The translations under genes were made by a program, and so were the position numbers. Under the pieces are notes generated by a model. That model worked only from the letters and a program-made list of their open reading frames with translations, did no database searches and was not told the origin of the DNA. Positions 46,201 through 64,000 of a stretch of DNA of 64,000 bases are shown in pieces. Each line of letters begins with the position of its first letter. Position 1 is the first letter of the stretch. Source of the stretch: Azolla caroliniana (Eukaryota > Plantae > Polypodiophyta); the NCBI GenBank assembly GCA_043228905.1, contig JBHGNT010000001.1, positions 29,388,001 to 29,452,000 of the forward strand. The letters are read 5' to 3'.

Positions 46201-48703
46201 AATGACCAGAGCAATCAGCATCTATTTGAGAAGTTTCCTTACTTATATCCTCATGATCATTACGATCACAGTCATCAGCAACTTTTTTCTTTACTTGGTT
46301 GCTTTCAGAGAATTCCTGAGGATCATTCAAAGCCATCCGTCTTAGGTCTTCTCTTATAATACCTCGGCTCCTTTTATGCTCTATATTCTTATTTCTGGTT
46401 TCATCCATCCACTCATCTTCACCAGAATTTGCATCTCTACTAGAGCAATCACTACCATAGTCAGTATCTGACTTGTAGGCTAACCTTGGCGATTCAGGAT
46501 CTTGACAGCTAATGACGGAAGGTGGTATGTTATCAGTACTTCTGTTTTCATTGAGAGGCTTTGGACTTCTTTCTGAAGAATGAGAAGCTTCAAACAACCT
46601 TAGCAGTTGTTGAACCTACAATAATCCAACTTATGTGTTATCTCATATTAAGAAATTACTGATCCAAAGGAGCTTTCTCCTTCCTATACTTTGTCGTTAT
46701 GATTCAAACAACAAAACTACCTGGTGTCCTGTGAGATCCATTCTGTTAAGTTTGTGATTCTGGGCATGACCTAGAATTGGACTAAATGCTTCTTCATTGA
46801 GAACCAAGATATCATTGCGAGGGTACATCGTTACCTTGAAAATCAATAATTATGTGAAAAAAGCTCAGCAGAAAGGAAAGCTTGCAAATATTTTAAAATT
46901 CCTTCATCTATTGCTAATATAGCTCACCTTGGAAGGAGAACATGTTTCACGTCTTCTCACATTAGAGGAATTGTTAGTCTCCATTGAGTTCATATCCCCA
47001 TTGTTTGTGACAGCCTGAATAGAAAAAACCCCAAAGTGGAAAAACAGAGAAAATTTGATTTGTTAGTCTCCCTCAAGTTCATATCCCCATCTATGCTTGC
47101 AGCTTGACTAGAAAAGAAGAAAATCGAAAGAAAAAAAAAGTTTATAGAGTAATATCAACTTCAAGGAACAAGAATACCAGGGCATCATACATACATGAAA
47201 ACAAAAAAGAGGTATGTAGGCCAATTAGAAATTGCATTTACTTCCATGACTGTTGAACCACAAAAGCAATTTAAAACCTGAACAAGAGAAAGAAAGAATA
47301 CTTCGAAGTACCCCCCAATTTTTTCTTTATTTCCTCAAATGCCCCTAACTTTCTTGTTATTTCACCAACCACAATGATTTGGCACCCACAGGGATAAAAT
47401 GGGCTAACCTCAAAAATACCATACAGGCATTTGTTGGTGGTGTTGAATAAGAACAATGGCATTCCTCTGCGGATGCCCTTAATCGAGTCTTCAAAGTTCA
47501 CATAGAGACCTGAAAGTAGTCAACAGTGTACGATATTCACACAGGTTTATGTGTAAACGAAAATATTCAAGCCTAAATTCAAGGGGGTCTTTCGTTTATT
47601 GGGCAAATGTTATGAGCATAAGCATAACTAAATGATTAGGAGTTAATGAAAGATGGAGGAGATCCATAATTATAACAAAAGATCAAGCCTTATTTATGTT
47701 GGGAATGTTATTAGCACGTGCATAATTGCAAGTTAATAACAACTTATGGACTTTTCTTTAGCCTCCATTGACTCTCGATTCTTCAGTACAAAGTGATCGA
47801 GTTTAATAAAGGATTGTGAACTTCTTTAGCCTTCATTAACTCCTAGTTACTTAGTCATCAGTAGTTTAGAGTATAATATGAGCCTTTTTAACTCATTGAC
47901 TTCGTTAAGCTTTTATCAACTCCTATCATACAAAGTGAGTTAAGAGTTAATGGATCATTATAGACCCTTCCTAGCCTTCATCTACTCCTAATTACTTGGT
48001 ACCAAGGAGAACAAAACAAATCCTTAATAGCAGCAAGGACCACATGAATACATTAGAAATCAACACAAGGAGATTTCATAACAATAATGCTTGATCATAT
48101 ATTTAGGGAAAAATGATAAATAAAGTAATATTACTTAGGACGGGAGTTCATAAAGGTTTCTTTTTCATCAACTCCTGGTAACTTTACTTGGTTATGCAAA
48201 TGTGTATGAGTTCAAGGAGGAGGTAACACAAAGGAATGATGGGAGACATATTCCATTTTGTCTAATCTGAACTTAAACTAGATGGGTATTTCTACAAATA
48301 TTTATTGTTATTCGCTCAATTTACTTGACAACATGTGTGCGTTTGCTCAAAAGAAAGAAAAAGAAGCCATGGCAATACATACAGAAGAAGCTCCGCATTA
48401 CAAAAAGAAACATAGTCACATTGACAAAGAGAAAACTCTGTAGAAATAGGAAGATAAAAAAATAACTTTATAGAAATGGGGCAAAATATGAAATTTGAAG
48501 GGGGGGGGGAAGGATGAGAATATATAGTTCTAACCAAATGTGTCTGTCTGTAGATCCGGCATAGTCGATCTATTACAGATGAAGACAAAACCCTCTGCGT
48601 TGTGTTTCATTAAGGCTTTTGCAGCTCTCCAATCGACTGAGTCAGCGCGACTGGGGGAGGGAGAGAGGACGTGAAAGCATCGGTGGTTCTTTAGAGCTCC
48701 CAT
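43251..48703 (-). CDS. DCD-domain plus Trf4/TENT-type non-canonical poly(A) polymerase / nucleotidyltransferase; exons 48703-48535, 47509-47409, 47014-46928, 46834-46721, 46615-45419, 45314-44862, 44773-44669, 44182-43826, 43709-43584, 43400-43251 (about 950 aa)
   Basis: All junctions are GT-AG and in frame. DCD: GFVFICNRST..FG|L..IRRGMPLFLFNTTNKCLYGIFE|A...QVQQLLRLF. NTase: FGSIATGLCLQHSDVDIV, AVDITIG, GGLGSFSL, IDDPLRPGVNVGAGSFR. The exon 8 acceptor is the least certain. Confidence 0.85.
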
Positions 48704-49399
48704 TAAAATCTCTGAGGCTAGGGGGTTTCAAAAAACACGCAGATACAAAAAAGGAGGGGCAGGGGATGGAGGAGGAGAAGGAGAAGGAGAAGGAGAAGGT
48801 GGAGGAACAGAGGTAGGGTTAGAGAGCAGAAAAGAAAAGAAAAGAAAAGAGCAGATGAAATGATCAGAGAGAGAGAGAGAGAGAGAGAGAGATGAGTGAT
48901 GATGAGTGATGATGATGATGGCGATGGAGAATCGATCCTTCGTGGGTCTCCCGAGCTTCTTCGTCCTTTCTTTTTCTTCTTCTTCTTTTCTTCTTCTTCT
49001 TTCTTTTTCTTCTTCTTCGAAGTTTCTCACTTGGAGAGCAAAAAGAGAAAGAACGAAAGGAAGGAAGGAAGGAAGGAAGGAAGGAAGGATGAGAGAGGTG
49101 GAGGAGGGCCTCAAGGTATGAAACCAAGCAATTTTGTGGCCTTCGTTGTCCGTGTGTCCCGAAGGACCTTCTGATGTCTATGTGCGGCCATCCGTTGTAA
49201 GACCCTGCAAAGGAGACCTGTGGTTCTGTATCACGAAAGGATTAGGGCTAGCATTGTCAATAAGTATGTTCTGTTTGCTCGGCTTCGCCCTTTAACAATC
49301 TCTCACTCACAAATCTTCTTGTGATGAAGGGACATTAATGGATCAAATTTCCCGTGCACGATACAATGTAAACGATTTGCTTTTTGGTTTTCATGAAAA

Positions 49400-50103
49400 C
49401 TTCAAATCTCTTACAAAAGCAATTGGTGGAGTTGTCCAATATAATCGTTGCTTATTTTAAGACACATTCATACCTTCACTTTACTCCCTAAGACTTGGGA
49501 GCCAACTATTGTTTCATGAATCAAGAATCTATCTTGACATAGAAAACCCTTTGCATAAGCTCCAAAGTATATGTAGGAGTCATTCGTGACCATCCAATTA
49601 CATCATTTTATATTGAGTCGATTCATGTGGTTCTTCGTGATTTGGCAAATGGGATTTCCTTCAACAATATTAACAATCTCGACCATCCAATAGTTCTTGG
49701 TCCTTCGTTAATTCAAATTGCATAATTTTAAGGTTGACTAGAGAAACCACACTATCATGAAGTTCAAGAAAAATCGAGCAACTCTTAACTATATTGTCTT
49801 GATCATGTTCGATTCAAGATATATTGACTATTTGTCCAAAACATGTGTGAACGAAACGAAAGAGGATAGGTTTGTATTCACAATGTTAGCAAGTATTTAA
49901 TCCATCCTGCATAAATCTAGGAATCAACTTCAAATGAAATATCAAGAGATCATTGGTTTCTTTAATAAACTAACACCAAACATGCTCTCTCAAAGCGACT
50001 ACCAAGTGATTTCTATATTGGTTTACAACTAGGGAAGAAATTGTCGTGGGGCTAGTTTTATGATCTCTTGCCATTAGAGGTCAAGGCTCTTCTAGGATAT
50101 ACA

Positions 50104-50142
<39 letters not shown>

Positions 50143-51760
50143 ATTTGGCCGAATTTATCCAACATCTAACATTACGTATTCGTGTTGGAGCACTTATGTA
50201 TATCATTTGTTAAGACAAAAGATGGTTATCTTAGTTTGGTCATGGATTATTGAGTATTGAATAAGGTCAATATTGAAAAATTATAAGCTCTATCATTAAT
50301 CTCATAGAGAGCATTCTTTTGGATCATACAAAGGTTCAAATGGCTTTACATTGATAGAAATTACATGATGTGTGTGGTGCACAATGTGTCTTGGAATTTG
50401 CAAATTTCTATTGAAAATTCATGTTAAGTTCATGCTGCTTCTCACATGACTTACACAAAAACAACAATTTAAATGATTTCAATTGCAGCAAAGTCATATG
50501 AAAGTTGAAAGCAAGAGTATACATTTACCCCATATTGTTTATGCTTATGTAGCCAAGCAATTCATCCTCAAAGTTGATGCATCTATATTGCACTTGGAAA
50601 TGACTTGTTTCACATTGAGCCAATGGATAAGTGCATTTCATTGGCAAAAGTTTAAAGATGCAAAAATCAAGCATGTTATCCATGAGAACAAACTTACTAG
50701 CCACTATGGCTTCCTTCGAGCAATGACATAACCTCTTGGATGGTTCCATTGACCAAATATTGTCTATGATTTACCACAAGAACCTCACATTTTAATCTTG
50801 AGTGGTCGATGAGCTTATAGGTAGTTTCTAACATGTTTCAATATTTTTATCATGTATTGTCTAGGGAGCTTTTGTTGATTATCAAAAGCACATCCTATTG
50901 GGTTTTGATTGTTCACGACTAATGATAACTAATATCTTTGAAAATCCCATCGATTCAAGCATTCTTGATGTACTTTGTATTGATATTTATCAGGACACTA
51001 TTACCCAACACATTGGTTTGAAATATGCCTCTTGCTAAAGATCTGAGTAGCCTCATATAAATTTTAAATGGTTCAGTTGTCATGATAGAAAACATTTTTG
51101 AAATAATCACTTATGTGTTCGTTATGACCCTTCTTAACTCAAAGTTTTAGTGTTCTTGGTGACACAAAAATGGTTGGGATTTTTGGAGTTTGCAAGATTT
51201 AGAGCTAGTTAGTCGGAAAATTTTGGTACCTCCTAATTTCTAATTTGGTTCTGGACTATGTTCACACATGATGTATGTTGCCCATGTGTCTAAATCATTC
51301 GCATGGTTGTTGCAATCATTAATAGTTTCCAAAGGTCATTGGATTTCATTACAAATCTCTTATCTTCTAATGGTTTTAATGTCATACTCATAATTGTTGA
51401 TTAGCACACTCAAATGTTGGATTTTCTTCCATGCTCCAAGAGTATAGATAGTTGAGGAGACAATCAACCTAGTTACACGATAAATATTTAGATATTCTGG
51501 TTCCCATATGGCATTTAGTGATCATAAGCGACCATTCATTTAAAAAATTTGCAACAATTTTCACAAGCTTGCCAAAATCTCGTGCAAGTTGTCATCCACA
51601 AAGGGAAGGCAAGGTCAAATGCATAAATCAAACGTTAAGATAATACCTTTATTGCTTCATCAATTATCAACATGATGATTGGGTTGACTTCTTGTATTTT
51701 GAAAAATTGATTTACAACAATTTGAACCATATGTCTATAATAAAAACATATATAATCAAA
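49400..51760 (+). mobile_element. Highly degenerate Ty3/Gypsy pol remnant
   Basis: RNase H-like FILKVDAS...AFHWQKFKDAKIKHVIHENKL (compare FxLETDAS...AFHSRKFxxAExNYxIHDKEL). Integrase-like HGLLQ..DFIT..GF..IL..VD near 51300-51400. Many stops. Confidence 0.65.
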
Positions 51761-53314
51761 CAATTAGTGAAAGAGAGAGCAAGAAAGAAAGAGAGATCAT
51801 GAAAGACAAACCAAGAGCAAGATAATCAAACACATTCCATTATCTTCATTCCCCTGATTTATTGGGAATTGGAAGGGAGGATAATATTGACCACGTTGTT
51901 CACATGTATATAGTTAAAGCATGTATGTTGATTGCATCAAGACACCTTTGTACTAATGATGGCCTTCTAAATTTGACACTTGCCCCCTTCAAAAAGTATC
52001 ACTAATTGGTCCTACATTTACATTTCCCATAAGTAGTGAAGGTCGATCAATCAATTTTGAGACCATGATTTGTTTCATAGGTAAATTTTGACCTCTAATA
52101 GATGTCAATGCTTCTTCCTCTACTCTCACATAATTACCCCAACCCAATGTTGGTGTGACCAAACACAAACACCCAAATGATGTTACTAGAGAAAGTATAT
52201 GAATAGTTAGGGCATAGATGGGTGAGTTGTTAGCATTACACAAGTAAATGCATGATAAATTACTCATTAAGGCATATTGTTAAGGAATTGGAATTTGTCA
52301 ATCAAATACAAATTCCACTCTACTATATGGGATAGAAAAAAATGCAGAGAGCCTAAGAAATCCCATCAATAAAAGAGTGGAGTCATACTTCCATATTTCA
52401 AGGTCGTATAGAGGGGGGAAAGATAACAATTGACCCGTTGACGTATCTACTCTTTTAACAATCTGATGGTGAAGGTATACTTTTGCACAACTACAAGACT
52501 TTTGAACAAAGCACAAATCCCGCACCTTATTACAATTAGACGATACAGTTGTATTTTTAATTTTTTTCAGTAGATCAACTCATACTTTACTACATCAGTT
52601 GTTTTACAAAGAGCACTCTATAAAAGCTCAAAGGTCTCATGTGTCACTTTAGCCCCTAACAGATGATAATAGGTAATCCTCTCTTTCTCCAATGAAAATT
52701 GAGACAAGACAATATTAAATCATCCTCTCTTTCTCAAACGAAGTGCAAAACACAATTGGAAAAAATAACTTTTACACTACCCAAACGTGCTTTAGAACAG
52801 CAAAAAATGCCATGCCATACATACATTACAAGGATGTACTGCGATAATGTATATTGAGGCCTCCCTGCCCCCCTCAAGATCTTCCTTGCTCTAAATTTAC
52901 ATACCCTCTTAAAAGCCAGCAAAATGGCCTTCTTTCTGTGTTATTATACTGTTTGTCTCCATATTTTGATGATAGGACAAGTAATAATCTAGAAAAACTA
53001 AGTTGAACCTACCGCCACCCCTAGATATACATGATACCAACGAACAAAGGTTGTTGAGATATTTTCTATCAAATTTATGTAGGGCCTATATTGGTTATTC
53101 AAAACCAGCAAAGGATAAAATGCTTCACCAAACAATGCACAATCCGGGAAGGACATAAAGCTGCCACACCATGTCAAATTGGCATACACTACTTCATGCC
53201 GGTATTTGATATTCCCATCACTCAATGGCAAAAGAAGTAGAGTTGTGAACGCGTACATGATGAATTTCCATGGCATTGCCCCTCTACTGGATCTCCAAAC
53301 ATGCTTGTTTACAA

Positions 53315-63610
<10,296 letters not shown>

Positions 63611-64000
63611 CTGGAGCATATGACCAGCCATGATCAAGTTTACAAACACGAAAAATATCAATCAAAATAGACTCTCTGTGCCCTCTTATAATTACACAGT
63701 TGTTTAATTTGGAGCCTTTCCATCAAATGAACTAAATAAATGCTCAAACTCATGAGATCTGACAAATTTGATTAACACTCAATGTAAATGAATACAAACA
63801 ACGATAGAGTAGATCTCTCCTAATGAACCAAGTTCCCTAAGTTGAGGCCAATCAGCCGATTAAGAGGTTTATAAGCATCCACGGGAGGCATAATGCACAG
63901 CGAAGTAACTGCACCGAGACATTTATGTGGCTAAATCCATTTATGGAAAGTAAATGGTCAGACAAGGATGCGCAATAGTAGCCAGCCCTTTATATAAACA

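Noticed and set aside
48728-49174. ORFs over GA/CTT/GGAA repeats
   Set aside because: This is low-complexity 5' UTR or promoter sequence of the DCD-NTase gene.

Overview
Eukaryotic land-plant DNA, probably from a non-seed plant (inferred from the retroelement types). Bases 1-21.1 kb are a nested stack of related Ty3/Gypsy-type LTR elements. Four pol-less elements (A-D) carry only a Gag N-terminus fused to a long repetitive ORF and have a tRNA-Trp primer-binding site. A solo LTR (E), a decayed full gag (F) and an integrase fragment complete the stack. Every junction that can be read has a 4-bp target-site duplication centred on CG, and one LTR type carries a tRNA-like Pol III A/B-box cassette. 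Bases 21-36 kb are AT-rich and hold a Copia remnant, two tandem SAUR genes plus the upstream region of a probable third copy, hAT MITEs with 8-bp TSDs, local duplications and an old solo LTR. Bases 37-64 kb hold a spliced HSP20/alpha-crystallin gene with a very long N-terminal extension, tRNA-Asp(GTC), a 10-exon gene that fuses a DCD domain to a Trf4/TENT-type nucleotidyltransferase, a decayed Gypsy pol, and most of a UBP12/13 gene with LTR insertions in one intron. All calls were made by eye; no searches were run.
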